Shown: in pieces, positions 15,811-26,052 of the stretch | How positions within the stretch are numbered: the stretch's first letter is position 1 | How the letters are laid out: every line of letters starts with the position of its first letter | NCBI GenBank assembly: GCA_045106435.1 | Contig: JBGCEN010000281.1 | Coordinates: 1-55,946 of the forward strand | Direction: 5' to 3' | Length of the DNA: 55,946 nucleotides | From: Rhodothermales bacterium | GTDB lineage: Bacteria > Bacteroidota > Rhodothermia > Rhodothermales > JAHQVL01 | Notes under the pieces: generated by a model | Databases searched by the model: none | What the model saw: only the letters and a program-made list of their open reading frames with translations | What the model was told of the DNA's origin: nothing | Position numbers and translations under genes: made by a program

Positions 15811-18800
15811 ATGGCTTTTACTTTGATGTTACAGCGGAGCAAAACGTTTCTGGTTTTATTTTTTGTCGCTACGTTTACAGGCTGCGGAACTGGAGATCAA
15901 CCGTCTGGAAATTCCGACATACCCGACAAAATTGCCTACAACACGCATGTAAGGCCGATTCTATCAGATAAATGTTTTACCTGTCATGGCCCAGATAAAA
16001 ATAAAAGGGAAGCAAATTTAAGGCTGGACAATGAACAAGATGCATGGGCTGAACTGTCAGAATCAAAAGGCAAGCATGCAATCGTCCCGGGGAAACCGGC
16101 AAAAAGCGAACTGATTTCTCGTATAAACGACGATGATCCGGAGCAGGGCATGCCGCCGGCAGCGTCTAACCTGGCACTGACGAACGCAGAAAAAGATATA
16201 CTCAAGCGCTGGATAAAACAAGGCGCAACCTATGAGCCGTTGTGGTCTTTGATCAAACCAATTTCTACACCACCGCCCGTCAATAACACAAACTGGATTC
16301 AAAATGAGATCGACCAGTTTGTATTTGACAATATGCAGCGCGCCGGCCTGCAGCCGGCGCAGCCAGCTACCAAGGAAACCCTCATCCGTCGCGCCTCTTT
16401 TGATTTAACAGGGCTCCCTCCTACCCTCTCTCAAATCGATGCTTTTCTGGCAGACGATGGTCCGGACGCATATGAACAAGTCATCGACGATTATTTAGCT
16501 TCTCCCGGGTATGGTGAGCGCATGGCCTCGTGGTGGCTGGATATTGCGCGGTACGCAGACAGCGACGGCTACCTCGATGACAAACACAGGGACTTCACAC
16601 CGTGGCGTGACTGGGTTATCAGTGCGTTTAACAAGAACCAGCCCTACGATGATTTTGTGACGTGGCAACTTGCCGGCGATTTGATCCCTGATGCGACCCA
16701 GGAGCAGATCCTTGCAACGGCTTTTAACAGGCTGCACAAAAAGAATTCAGAAGCCGGCATTGTCTTCGAAGAATTCCGATCAGAGTATGTTGCTGACCGA
16801 ACAAACACTTTTGGCAAAGCCTTTCTCGGCCTTACTGCAGAGTGCGCCCGTTGCCATGATCACAAGTATGATCCTATTTCCCAGAAAGAGTATTATCAAC
16901 TATACGGCTTTTTTAACAACACAAACGAAATAGGACACGCTGTTTACGGGCCAGATCAAACACCAGGGCCGGCGCTGTTACTAAAAACTCCTCTGCAAGC
17001 ATCTCGGATAGACTCCCTTGAAAACATCATCCGCCGGCTCGAGCAGCAGTTGCCAGGTATCAATACCGAAGCCGAGCATGCTTTTACATCAACTGCAACA
17101 CAGTCTGTGACGCTCCAGGCAATTGGGCGGCAGGTAAACAAGGGGTTGGTAGCACATTATCCCTTCGATCAGCTTTCTGCTAAAAATAACAATAAGGCCA
17201 CGTCACCCAACCTGAAGAACAGAAGTACGCCGGCTACGCTCACTGCACCTGTCAAGACAAAGGGCATCAAAGGCGATGCGTTACTCATCAACAATTACAA
17301 CGGAGGCCGGCTGGGTGAAAAAGTCGGCTGGTATGATAGAACCGATCCGTTCTCTGTTGACGTGTGGATTTATCCAGACACAACGTACGAAGAGGCGATG
17401 ATCTTCACGCACAGTGAATCCTGGAGACTGGGGCTCAGAGGCTATAATCTGCAATTAGAAGACAACAATCTTGTTTTTCGGATCGCTCATTCTTATCCCC
17501 AGAATGCTATTCAAGTAGAAACTACTGAACAAGTCCCGGTTAAAGAATGGACCCATATCACGCTTACCTATGATGGTTCTAGCAAAGCTGCTGGCGCGAA
17601 AATTTATGTCAATGGAGCGCTTGCTGATCAAAGAATCCAGTACGATAATCTATACAAAGGAATTACCTTCACCCCTGACATTCACACCTATGGATTTGAT
17701 GGAATTCAAATCGGCCAAAGAGTTAAATTCACTCCTTTCAAAAACGGCAAGGTTGATGAATTTAAAGTATTCAACACTGCGCTAACGCCACTGGAAGTGC
17801 AATACATTCATGAACCTGAACTTGCCGCTAAAACGCTGCATGATTCGCAAGTCAATGATTCGGACACTCAAGCCACACAATACCTAAAGGCATATTTCCT
17901 GGCGCATCACCATCCTCCTGCGCATGAGTTAAATCGCCGGCTTAAAGCAGTCCGGGAAGAGCTAAACGCTGCATTAAATGATGTGCAGGAAATCATGGTG
18001 ATGGGAGACCTTGCCGAGCCGCGCAAAACATTTGTATTGGATCGAGGCCTCTATAGTGCGCCGGCCGAGGAAGTCACCCCGGATACGCCGGCTGCAATCT
18101 TATCTTTTCCTGAGGACAAACCAAAAAACAGATTAGGCCTTGCCGCGTGGCTCTTTGACGAAAACAATCCTCTGACAAGCCGTGTCATTGTCAATCACCT
18201 TTGGCAAATGCATTTTGGCAAAGGCCTCGTATCAACTGCAGACGACTTCGGCAACCAGGGCGCGCAACCAACCCATGCTGCACTGCTGGACTGGCTGGCT
18301 GTTCATTTTCGAGAATCCGGCTGGGACTTAAAAGCTTTACATAAAACGATTATGCGCTCGGCCACCTATCAACAATCTTCCAGATTAACGGAGGATACCA
18401 TTGAGTCAGATCCTGAAAACAAGCTATTGGCGCGTGGCCCAAGTTTTCGTTTGACCGCTGAGATGATCAGAGACAATGCCCTGGCAATCAGCGGATTGAT
18501 AACACCCAAAACGGGCGGACCAAGTGCCTACCCGTATCAACCGGCCGGCCTGTGGGATGAGCTTACGACGAAACACTGGCGTTATCCCTATTTACAAGAA
18601 CCAGGTGAAGGATTGTATCGGCGTAGTCTTTATACCATCTGGAAAAGAACAGCGCCCCCTCCCTCCATGCTGATTTTTGATGCGCCGGACAGAAGCACCT
18701 GTACCATTAAGCGAGAGAATACCAGCACACCTTTGCAGGCCTTGGCACTATTGAACGATCCGCAATACATCGAGGCATCCCGGGTATTGGCCGAAAAGCT

Positions 18801-19071
18801 ACTTACATCCAATATTTCAACGCCGGCGCTTCTCAAGAATCTCTTCCGCATAGTTACCAGCAGAATCCCAACTCAAGATGAGCTTACGCTCCTTGAAGAT
18901 TTTTATGCTGCAGAAATAAAGACTTTTTCTTCTAATGCAGAGCAAACATTGAATTATCTCTCAACAGGCACATTGCCAAGAAATGAGGCCCTCCCCCCCG
19001 CTAATACAGCGGCCCTAACAGTGGTTGCTAATGCGCTCCTGAACACAGACGAAGGATATATGCGGAGATGA
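15811..19071 (+). CDS. PSCyt1/DUF1549/LamG-like/DUF1553 (PSD1) multidomain lipoprotein
   Basis: CFTCHG heme motif; W.D..RYADS; CARCHDHKYDP; LamG-like WTHITLTYDGS; NPLTSRVIVN, TPLQALALLN; lipobox FTG-C. Confidence 0.9.
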   Translation: MAFTLMLQRSKTFLVLFFVATFTGCGTGDQPSGNSDIPDKIAYNTHVRPILSDKCFTCHGPDKNKREANLRLDNEQDAWAELSESKGKHAIVPGKPAKSELISRINDDDPEQGMPPAASNLALTNAEKDILKRWIKQGATYEPLWSLIKPISTPPPVNNTNWIQNEIDQFVFDNMQRAGLQPAQPATKETLIRRASFDLTGLPPTLSQIDAFLADDGPDAYEQVIDDYLASPGYGERMASWWLDIARYADSDGYLDDKHRDFTPWRDWVISAFNKNQPYDDFVTWQLAGDLIPDATQEQILATAFNRLHKKNSEAGIVFEEFRSEYVADRTNTFGKAFLGLTAECARCHDHKYDPISQKEYYQLYGFFNNTNEIGHAVYGPDQTPGPALLLKTPLQASRIDSLENIIRRLEQQLPGINTEAEHAFTSTATQSVTLQAIGRQVNKGLVAHYPFDQLSAKNNNKATSPNLKNRSTPATLTAPVKTKGIKGDALLINNYNGGRLGEKVGWYDRTDPFSVDVWIYPDTTYEEAMIFTHSESWRLGLRGYNLQLEDNNLVFRIAHSYPQNAIQVETTEQVPVKEWTHITLTYDGSSKAAGAKIYVNGALADQRIQYDNLYKGITFTPDIHTYGFDGIQIGQRVKFTPFKNGKVDEFKVFNTALTPLEVQYIHEPELAAKTLHDSQVNDSDTQATQYLKAYFLAHHHPPAHELNRRLKAVREELNAALNDVQEIMVMGDLAEPRKTFVLDRGLYSAPAEEVTPDTPAAILSFPEDKPKNRLGLAAWLFDENNPLTSRVIVNHLWQMHFGKGLVSTADDFGNQGAQPTHAALLDWLAVHFRESGWDLKALHKTIMRSATYQQSSRLTEDTIESDPENKLLARGPSFRLTAEMIRDNALAISGLITPKTGGPSAYPYQPAGLWDELTTKHWRYPYLQEPGEGLYRRSLYTIWKRTAPPPSMLIFDAPDRSTCTIKRENTSTPLQALALLNDPQYIEASRVLAEKLLTSNISTPALLKNLFRIVTSRIPTQDELTLLEDFYAAEIKTFSSNAEQTLNYLSTGTLPRNEALPPANTAALTVVANALLNTDEGYMRR

Positions 19072-19084
19072 CCTTCCTTCAATT

Positions 19085-19151
19085 GCAGTACTAAACAGGC
19101 AGTGCTAAACAAGCAGTGCTAAACAAACAGTGCTAAACAAGCAGTACAAAC
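19085..19151. repeat. About 4.8 tandem copies of a 14-bp unit (GCAGTGCTAAACAA)
   Basis: Units start at 19085, 19099, 19113, 19127 and 19141. Confidence 0.85.
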
Positions 19152-19188
19152 TTAACGACTGTCCAAGACCAGTTCGACCAGCCGACTT

Positions 19189-20631
19189 ATGAATATCCAC
19201 CGCCAAACGCGTAGAGACTTCCTCAAAAAATCAACCATAGGGCTTGGCTCAATGGCTATGGGACATTTATTGAACGCTGGTCAGTCACCTGCTCAACTTT
19301 CATCCGTAGATGACCCATCTCAAGGAATTTTGGGAGCCGGACATTTCCCTGCCAAAGCCAAACGCGTTATTTATCTGTTCCAAAGCGGTGGACCTTCGCA
19401 AATGGAGCTTTTTGATTATAAGCCGGCGCTCGCAAAATGGCACGGCAAAGAAATCCCTGACGCGATCCGGGGCACACAACGTAATTCAGGCATGGTCACC
19501 AACCAGTCGACCTTTCCCCTGGTCCAGTCCTTCACGCCATTTAATCAATATGGGCAAAACGGCGCATGGGTAAGCGACCTGTTGCCACATACGGCAGGTA
19601 TTGTTGATGATATTTGCTTGATCAAGTCCATGTACACCGAAGCCATCAACCATGAGCCGGCCGTCATTTTTATGCAAACAGGTGCGCAGATAAGCGGCCG
19701 GCCATCGATGGGGTCGTGGCTAAGCTACGGGCTTGGCAGCGAAAACAAGAACATGCCTTCCTTTGTTGTGCTGGTTTCCCAGGGCGAGGGTAGTCAGCCG
19801 CTTAACGCACAATCATGGGGTACGGGTTTTCTACCTTCCTATCATCAGGGCGTGCGGTTCAGGGGCGGCAAAGATCCGGTGTTATATCTGAATAATCCAG
19901 AAGGCATGGATATGGCGCATCGCCGGCAAGCATTGGATTATATCCGCGCGTTTAATGAACTGCAAGCAGATGCATGGGGCGATCCCGAGATTGAGTCTAA
20001 AATCAACCAGTACGAGATGGCCTACCGCATGCAAACGTCGGTACCCGGTGTGGTAGATCTTTCTGGAGAGCCAGACTATATTTTTGATCTGTACGGCGAG
20101 GACGCCAGAATACCCGGCACCTATGCAGCAAACTGCCTGCTTGCAAGACGCCTCGCAGAACAAGACGTGCGGTTTATACAACTATACCACACCGGCTGGG
20201 ACCAGCACGGCGGACTGCCTGCAGGCATCAGCCGGCAAGCCAAAAGCACCGATCAGGCAACGGCCGGCCTGATCACCGACCTCAAACAAAGAGGACTTTT
20301 GGAAGATACGCTTGTGATTTGGGGCGGTGAATTTGGCCGGACAAGCTTTTCTCAAGGAGAGCTTACAGCAGACAATTACGGCAGGGATCATCACCCGGGC
20401 TGCTTTACGATGTGGATGGCCGGCGGCGGTGTTAAATCTGGCCATGTACACGGAGAAACAGACGACTTCAGCTACAACGTCGCACAGGATGGCGTACACG
20501 TACACGATTTGCACGCCACAATCCTGCACCTCCTGGGTGTTGACCACGAACGGCTCACCTACCGCCATCAAGGCCGGCGTTTCCGCCTAACGGATGTCCA
20601 CGGCAATGTCATCAAACAACTCCTCGCCTAA
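19189..20631 (+). CDS. DUF1501 domain protein (Tat-exported, alkaline phosphatase/sulfatase superfamily-like)
   Basis: TRRDFLK Tat motif; KAKRVIYLFQSGGPSQ; WDQH; GEFGRT; GRDHH; HVHDLHATILHLLG. Confidence 0.92.
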   Translation: MNIHRQTRRDFLKKSTIGLGSMAMGHLLNAGQSPAQLSSVDDPSQGILGAGHFPAKAKRVIYLFQSGGPSQMELFDYKPALAKWHGKEIPDAIRGTQRNSGMVTNQSTFPLVQSFTPFNQYGQNGAWVSDLLPHTAGIVDDICLIKSMYTEAINHEPAVIFMQTGAQISGRPSMGSWLSYGLGSENKNMPSFVVLVSQGEGSQPLNAQSWGTGFLPSYHQGVRFRGGKDPVLYLNNPEGMDMAHRRQALDYIRAFNELQADAWGDPEIESKINQYEMAYRMQTSVPGVVDLSGEPDYIFDLYGEDARIPGTYAANCLLARRLAEQDVRFIQLYHTGWDQHGGLPAGISRQAKSTDQATAGLITDLKQRGLLEDTLVIWGGEFGRTSFSQGELTADNYGRDHHPGCFTMWMAGGGVKSGHVHGETDDFSYNVAQDGVHVHDLHATILHLLGVDHERLTYRHQGRRFRLTDVHGNVIKQLLA

Positions 20632-20649
20632 AAACAATCCACCCGCCCC

Positions 20650-20684
20650 CTTTTAACTTTTACCTTTTGACTTTTAACTTTTCA
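20650..20684. repeat. Five tandem heptamers CTTTT(NN)
   Basis: cttttaa cttttac cttttga cttttaa cttttca. Confidence 0.7.
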
Positions 20685-20695
20685 ACCCCTCCGGT

Positions 20696-22351
20696 ATGAC
20701 CACCAAATTCCTCTCAACCTGTTTCTTGCTCTTTGCTTTCGTTGCTGTATCCGATGCAACTGCACAATCAACTACCCACGCGTTCTTACAGAAGTCGGTC
20801 AACAAATATGCATTGGACGCAGCACAAATCCCTGCAGCAGCTTTCAAAAATTATTTGATGGAGGACGACTGGACGCATTGGGATAAAGGACCAGTCAAAA
20901 ATTTGAAGGTGGCTGCTAAAACGACAAGGGGTGCCATCTGGTTGAAAAGTGAGCATGGAGCTGCCCGCTTTGACCCAACCGCCAAACACTTGTGGGACAG
21001 GTGGCATTACTTTGCCGGCCAGGCATGGCTACCAGATGATCATGTAACAGATATCTATGTGGATCCTGAACATGCTTCAGAATCAGTATGGATTAAAACA
21101 AAAACGGGCGTCTCTCGCATTACATTTTATGTATCAACACTTGCCGAAAAAGAGCGTCACTACGACAATCTCACCGAGACCTATCATGTACGAAAAGGCT
21201 TTGTTGCCAGGAGTGTCCTAACGACGCCCGGAGATATTACAAGCGCTACAAACAGTGATACAGATAATGATGGCCTGTGGACCACCATGCACATCGCTGC
21301 ACAAGCCTACAGATATGCGGCGACGGGCGATGAGGATGCCCGTACCAAGGCCCGTCGTGGCCTGCATGCACTTATGCGGCTGGAAACGATTGATCCAATC
21401 CCCGGATTCTATGCGCGCACGTATCGTACATTTGATGAACCATTACCCCATAAAGACAATGGCGAATGGCATCCCGTTGGAGATGGCAAAACAGAATGGA
21501 AAGGTGATACCAGTTCAGATGAAACCGTAGGACATTACTATGGCTATTCGCTCTACTACGATTTAGTAGCAGACGAGGCCGAGAAAGATTCAATCCGGTC
21601 GTATATCCGCCTGATAACAGATTACATGATTGATAACGATTATGAATTGCTGGATATCGATGGTAAACCAACCCGTTGGGGTCGCTGGAGCGAAGAGTAC
21701 TATGACTCACTCGAGGGAGATTATGAAAAGGCGCTGCGCTCGCTTGAACTGCTCGCTTTTCTAAAGACAGCCTATCACATAACCGGAGACGAGAAATATC
21801 AAACCGCCTACATGGATCGGGTAGACAAAGGCTATGCTCAGTTTACGCTTGAGTACAGGCGTTGGGGAAGCGAAGAATCAGAAATCAATTTTTCAGATGA
21901 TGAGCTCTATTTTTTGTCCGTTTACCCCTTACTAAAATATGAAGACAATCCTGCACTCCGGGCCATTTACATGGACGGCCTGCGGTACACATGGACACAG
22001 GTTCAGCCAGAATCGAATGCACTCTGGAATTACATTTCCGCTGCCCTTGGCGCCGGCCCGCTAACAGAACCATTAAAAGAGGACGCCTTGCGCGCACTCG
22101 AACGAAGTCCAAACAACCTGATTCGCTGGAGTGTCACGAATAGCCACCGCATCGACGTCCGCCTCATCCAGTCGCCAGACAGACACGGCAGAGGATTTCT
22201 TACGCGTGCACTGGCACCCGACGAAAGGCCGTTACATAAGCACAACGGCAATCCTTATCAAGCTGATGGTGGGAATGGCGGGCGTGAAATGATGGAGCCA
22301 ACCCACTGGTTATTGCCCTATTGGATGGGACGGTATTATGGATGGTTGTAG
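20696..22351 (+). CDS. Exported protein of unknown function, possibly a helical-barrel glycosidase-like fold
   Basis: Signal peptide ending ATA; beta-rich N-terminal part; helical aromatic/acidic core (DNDGLWT, TSSDETVGHYY). Confidence 0.45.
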   Translation: MTTKFLSTCFLLFAFVAVSDATAQSTTHAFLQKSVNKYALDAAQIPAAAFKNYLMEDDWTHWDKGPVKNLKVAAKTTRGAIWLKSEHGAARFDPTAKHLWDRWHYFAGQAWLPDDHVTDIYVDPEHASESVWIKTKTGVSRITFYVSTLAEKERHYDNLTETYHVRKGFVARSVLTTPGDITSATNSDTDNDGLWTTMHIAAQAYRYAATGDEDARTKARRGLHALMRLETIDPIPGFYARTYRTFDEPLPHKDNGEWHPVGDGKTEWKGDTSSDETVGHYYGYSLYYDLVADEAEKDSIRSYIRLITDYMIDNDYELLDIDGKPTRWGRWSEEYYDSLEGDYEKALRSLELLAFLKTAYHITGDEKYQTAYMDRVDKGYAQFTLEYRRWGSEESEINFSDDELYFLSVYPLLKYEDNPALRAIYMDGLRYTWTQVQPESNALWNYISAALGAGPLTEPLKEDALRALERSPNNLIRWSVTNSHRIDVRLIQSPDRHGRGFLTRALAPDERPLHKHNGNPYQADGGNGGREMMEPTHWLLPYWMGRYYGWL

Positions 22352-22404
22352 TTAAAAATTAGTTCAGGATAAGGAGTGTTTAAAAGCCACTAAACCCTTT
22401 TCAA

Positions 22405-22517
22405 CGTCATCCTAAGCAAAGTCGAAGGATCTCACGAACCACAGTTACATGCCTTTGCGTTAATCAAAGACCGTTTTATTGTATTTCGAGAGATCTTTCG
22501 ACAGGCTCAAGATGACG
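22405..22517. repeat. 113-bp REP/MITE-like element with ~28-bp imperfect terminal inverted repeats
   Basis: Left CGTCATCCTAAGCAAAGTCGAAGGATCTC; reverse complement of right arm CGTCATCTTGAGCCTGTCGAAAGATCTC. Lies between convergent genes. Confidence 0.75.
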
Positions 22518-22561
22518 ATAAGTTACCTGACACTATAAACTTTTCAGAGCACGAGGATCAA

Positions 22562-23614
22562 TTACACCTTAGCTAATTCTGATTTCAACTTATCAATCAG
22601 CCCAATCGGCGTAGGATCTACATCACGCAGATACGCGAGATACAGACTAACCCAGTCCCCCAGATTAATCATCGACATCATACGAGCAAGCTTACTGCTT
22701 CCCCGGGAATTGATCTCAACCCAGTAACCCGCTTTTTCCGACAACAGCTTCCTTGTCACGTCCATCCGGTGCTGTACACGGCTGTGATCTGCTTCATCTC
22801 TTAGTACAACCACACCCAAATTCCCATGCATGGTTTTGCCATTGGCAAATTCCCACGCCATAATTTCGTTATGGTTTAGTTCGGGATATACATTTCCGAC
22901 GGCCAGTTTTTTGGCATTCTCCTGAAATTGACCGCGCCATCTCAGGTTCACGGTTTCCATCATACCTGTAGAACTGTATACAAAAGGAAATCGTTGTGAT
23001 AACGCCTGTGCTACTTCAATCGCCTGATGTGATCCTTCAGGGTTGCTATAGGTAGCGGTTTGCTCATCCAGTAATGCCTCTGATTCGGCCCAGTCAGTAT
23101 CGCTGAGTTGTACCAGGCCCAGCTTGCTACTCACAACCATGAGCACGCTTAGCGAATACCCCAGAGCAGCGCGCGGCGGCATGCCGCCTGGAATTTTTAC
23201 AATAGGTAAATTGTGTTCTGCTGCCAGCTCAGATACGCGTCCACCGGAAGAAATACATATGATGGTTGCTTTACGATCAAGTGCCTGCTGAAATGCAGAT
23301 AAGGTCTCTTCCGTGTTACCAGAGAAACTGGAGGCGATAACGACCGAATGTTCGTCAACAGATGCTGGGAGTTCGTAATTGCGAACAACGGAGATTGGCA
23401 CAGGAGACTGATCAATAGCAAAACATCTCACCAGATCACCAGCGATCGCAGAGCCACCCATACCTACTACTACAACCTGATTTTTTGTTGACAGGTCAAC
23501 ATTCAGATCTACGGCCTCGGCAATTTGCCGGCCTTCTTTCCATTGATTCGGAAAACCTTTCACCAAATCATACATGCCGTCTTTATCAATACGACTAATA
23601 TCTGCTAAATTCAT
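22562..23614 (-). CDS. Bifunctional phosphoglucose/phosphomannose isomerase (SIS domain)
   Basis: GMGGSAIAGD, SFSGNTEET, PGGMPPRAA, QFQENAK, PELNHNEI. Confidence 0.92.
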   Translation of the reverse strand: MNLADISRIDKDGMYDLVKGFPNQWKEGRQIAEAVDLNVDLSTKNQVVVVGMGGSAIAGDLVRCFAIDQSPVPISVVRNYELPASVDEHSVVIASSFSGNTEETLSAFQQALDRKATIICISSGGRVSELAAEHNLPIVKIPGGMPPRAALGYSLSVLMVVSSKLGLVQLSDTDWAESEALLDEQTATYSNPEGSHQAIEVAQALSQRFPFVYSSTGMMETVNLRWRGQFQENAKKLAVGNVYPELNHNEIMAWEFANGKTMHGNLGVVVLRDEADHSRVQHRMDVTRKLLSEKAGYWVEINSRGSSKLARMMSMINLGDWVSLYLAYLRDVDPTPIGLIDKLKSELAKV

Positions 23615-23769
23615 TGCTCAATTTAAATGCTTGTGATCGGTTGATTCATCTCAATATATTTTTATCAATGCACAAGAAGCTGTTTAAGAACTGCTTTGCT
23701 CAAATGTGTTTGTAAAACAAGAAATATTCAACCAGAATAAAATGCCAGTAGTGCTCGATTAGAAATCAA

Positions 23770-25626
23770 TCAACCAATAGTCTCTAAAGAGGAGCTTTCG
23801 CTTTCTGTAAGAAAAGCATAATAATCAGCTGCATGATATTTCAACCAGTCCATCAACGTTTTTTTGCGCTCTACCGGGTCAAAAATACCAATCACTTTAT
23901 TGGCCAGGGCTTCAGCATCTTTTCGTCGCATAGACCGAATTACACGTTTTATTTCGGGCAAAAAAGTAGGCGTTGCACTAAGGCTATCAATTCCCAGTCC
24001 AATTAATAAAGCCGTTGCCAATGGATTGGAAGCAATTTCTCCACAAATACTCACCGGTATATTCCTTTTGCGAGCAGCCGTTGCCACATGCTTCACAAGT
24101 GTCAATACAGCAGGATCTAACTCTTGATAGCGATCAGAAACCATATCATTGCCCCGATCAACTGCGAGTAAATACTGTGTAAGATCATTCGTTCCGATGG
24201 AGAAAAAATCCACCTCAGTTGCATAGCGATCAGCCATCAATGCGACAGCCGGCACTTCCACCATAATACCGAGCGGCAGATCTTCATCAAAATCGACGCC
24301 AGATGTCCTTAACTCGTCTTTTACCGCTTCAAACGATTTTTTAAGTGCCTTTACTTCGCCCAAGTCAGAAACCATGGGCACCAGTAATCTTACCGGGCCA
24401 AAAGCACTCGCGCGGACAATAGCCCTGAGTTGAGGCAAAAGAAGTTCGGGTTTATCCAGCAAAATGCGAATGCCTCTCCACCCAAGAAAAGGGTTGTGCT
24501 CACGATGCCCCATGGGCAGCATTTTATCGCCTCCGAGATCCAGCAACCTGAACGTGGTCGGATACGGGCTCATTTTTTCTACAATGGTCTTGTATGTTTC
24601 AAGCTGCTGCTCTTCTGAGAAATCATCAAACCCATTCATTAAAAACAAAAACTCAGTACGAAAAAGCCCTACGCCTTCCGCGCCGTACTCAGCAACCATT
24701 TCAAGCTCTTCTTTGAACTCAAGATTTGCCTGCAAACTAACTGAATGTCCATCTTGTGTTATGGCCTCAAGAGAGGTGAGCGTTTTCTCATCTTCGAGCA
24801 GATTCTCAAAGCGCTCTTGCAAGCGTTGATAGGTATTCCTGGTTGTTTCTGATGGATTTACAATCAGCCGGCCATTAAATCCATCCAGTACAATCTGATC
24901 TCCTGTCTGGATAACATCTGTTGCGCCATGCATGCTAACAACAGCCGGCACGCCAAGGCCACGCGCCATGATCGAAACGTGCGAGGTAGGTCCGCCAAAG
25001 TCTGTGACGCATCCGAGAATGTTGCGCCGGCTAAACAGAATGATGTCTGCAGCGCTCAGGGTTTCGGCAACTACGATGGTGTTATAATCAATGGCTGAAA
25101 GCAGCTTGCCTCTGCGCAAATTTCTGATCAAACGATCACGCACATCTAGCAAATCGTTTGCACGCTCCCGAAAGTAATCGCTTCCACTCGCCTCGAGGCG
25201 TTTCCGGCTTTCAGAAATGAATGCATCAACAGCATAGCCTGCATTAATATTGTCGCGCTTGATCAATTCCTCAACAGAAGAAGACAGTCCTTCATCTTTC
25301 AGCATGAGAGCCTGCGCCTCAAAGATGTTCGCGCTCCCTTCTCCCAGTTTTTCACGTGCAACGGACGTGATCTTGATCACTTCCCGCGTTGCATTTTTCA
25401 CGGCCTGTCTAAACCGGTTAATCTCCAGGTCAACTTCTGCATCTCTGACATTTCGCAGATCAACCTTAATCTCATCCCGGGCATACCGATAAGCCGGCCC
25501 AATCGCTATTCCGCGAGATACAGCGATCCCTTCAACGATGGTTTCACCATCTGTAGTTTTCTGGTATTTATACGTCCTACCATCTCGATCTTTGGACTGC
25601 CCATAAGATGAGCTGTTTTGTCGCAT
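23770..25626 (-). CDS. ptsI: PEP-protein phosphotransferase, PTS enzyme I
   Basis: Phospho-His motif GGPTSHVSIMAR; GLFRTEFL, LDLGGDK, NPFLGWRGIR, SIGTNDLTQY, SICGE. Confidence 0.95.
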   Translation of the reverse strand: MRQNSSSYGQSKDRDGRTYKYQKTTDGETIVEGIAVSRGIAIGPAYRYARDEIKVDLRNVRDAEVDLEINRFRQAVKNATREVIKITSVAREKLGEGSANIFEAQALMLKDEGLSSSVEELIKRDNINAGYAVDAFISESRKRLEASGSDYFRERANDLLDVRDRLIRNLRRGKLLSAIDYNTIVVAETLSAADIILFSRRNILGCVTDFGGPTSHVSIMARGLGVPAVVSMHGATDVIQTGDQIVLDGFNGRLIVNPSETTRNTYQRLQERFENLLEDEKTLTSLEAITQDGHSVSLQANLEFKEELEMVAEYGAEGVGLFRTEFLFLMNGFDDFSEEQQLETYKTIVEKMSPYPTTFRLLDLGGDKMLPMGHREHNPFLGWRGIRILLDKPELLLPQLRAIVRASAFGPVRLLVPMVSDLGEVKALKKSFEAVKDELRTSGVDFDEDLPLGIMVEVPAVALMADRYATEVDFFSIGTNDLTQYLLAVDRGNDMVSDRYQELDPAVLTLVKHVATAARKRNIPVSICGEIASNPLATALLIGLGIDSLSATPTFLPEIKRVIRSMRRKDAEALANKVIGIFDPVERKKTLMDWLKYHAADYYAFLTESESSSLETIG

Positions 25627-25710
25627 TTTTAGTGGTTTTTGGTTGCTGTATACGAAAGAAAGTGCAGATAAAAGCTTACTAACAAAGACCCTTCAATTCC
25701 AATAAAAAAG

Positions 25711-25980
25711 CTATTTTTTTTCACCAAAGCCTGATGCAAATATTTCAGCTATAGCATCTGCGGCCGCAATTTCATCTTCTCCTTCAAAGGTCAGCTTGAG
25801 CAGCGCACCTTGCTCTGCGGCGAGCGTCATGACACCAATTATGCTTTTGCCGTTGATCTCATATCCATCCTTTTCTATAAAGAAATCAGACTTATATCGA
25901 GCGGCTTCACGCACAATCATTGACGCAGGACGTGTATGTAAACCTGCTTGATTCAGAACAGTAACTTCTCGGGTAACCAT
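25711..25980 (-). CDS. ptsH: HPr phosphocarrier protein (start set to MVTREV)
   Basis: GLHTRPAS (His15 site) and NGKSIIG (Ser46 site). Confidence 0.95.
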   Translation of the reverse strand: MVTREVTVLNQAGLHTRPASMIVREAARYKSDFFIEKDGYEINGKSIIGVMTLAAEQGALLKLTFEGEDEIAAADAIAEIFASGFGEKK

Positions 25981-26052
25981 AGAAATAGTACTTATAATCA
26001 ATATTGGCCAATGCGCCGGCTAATTGACCTACGAGATTATGCAGGTAGACAG

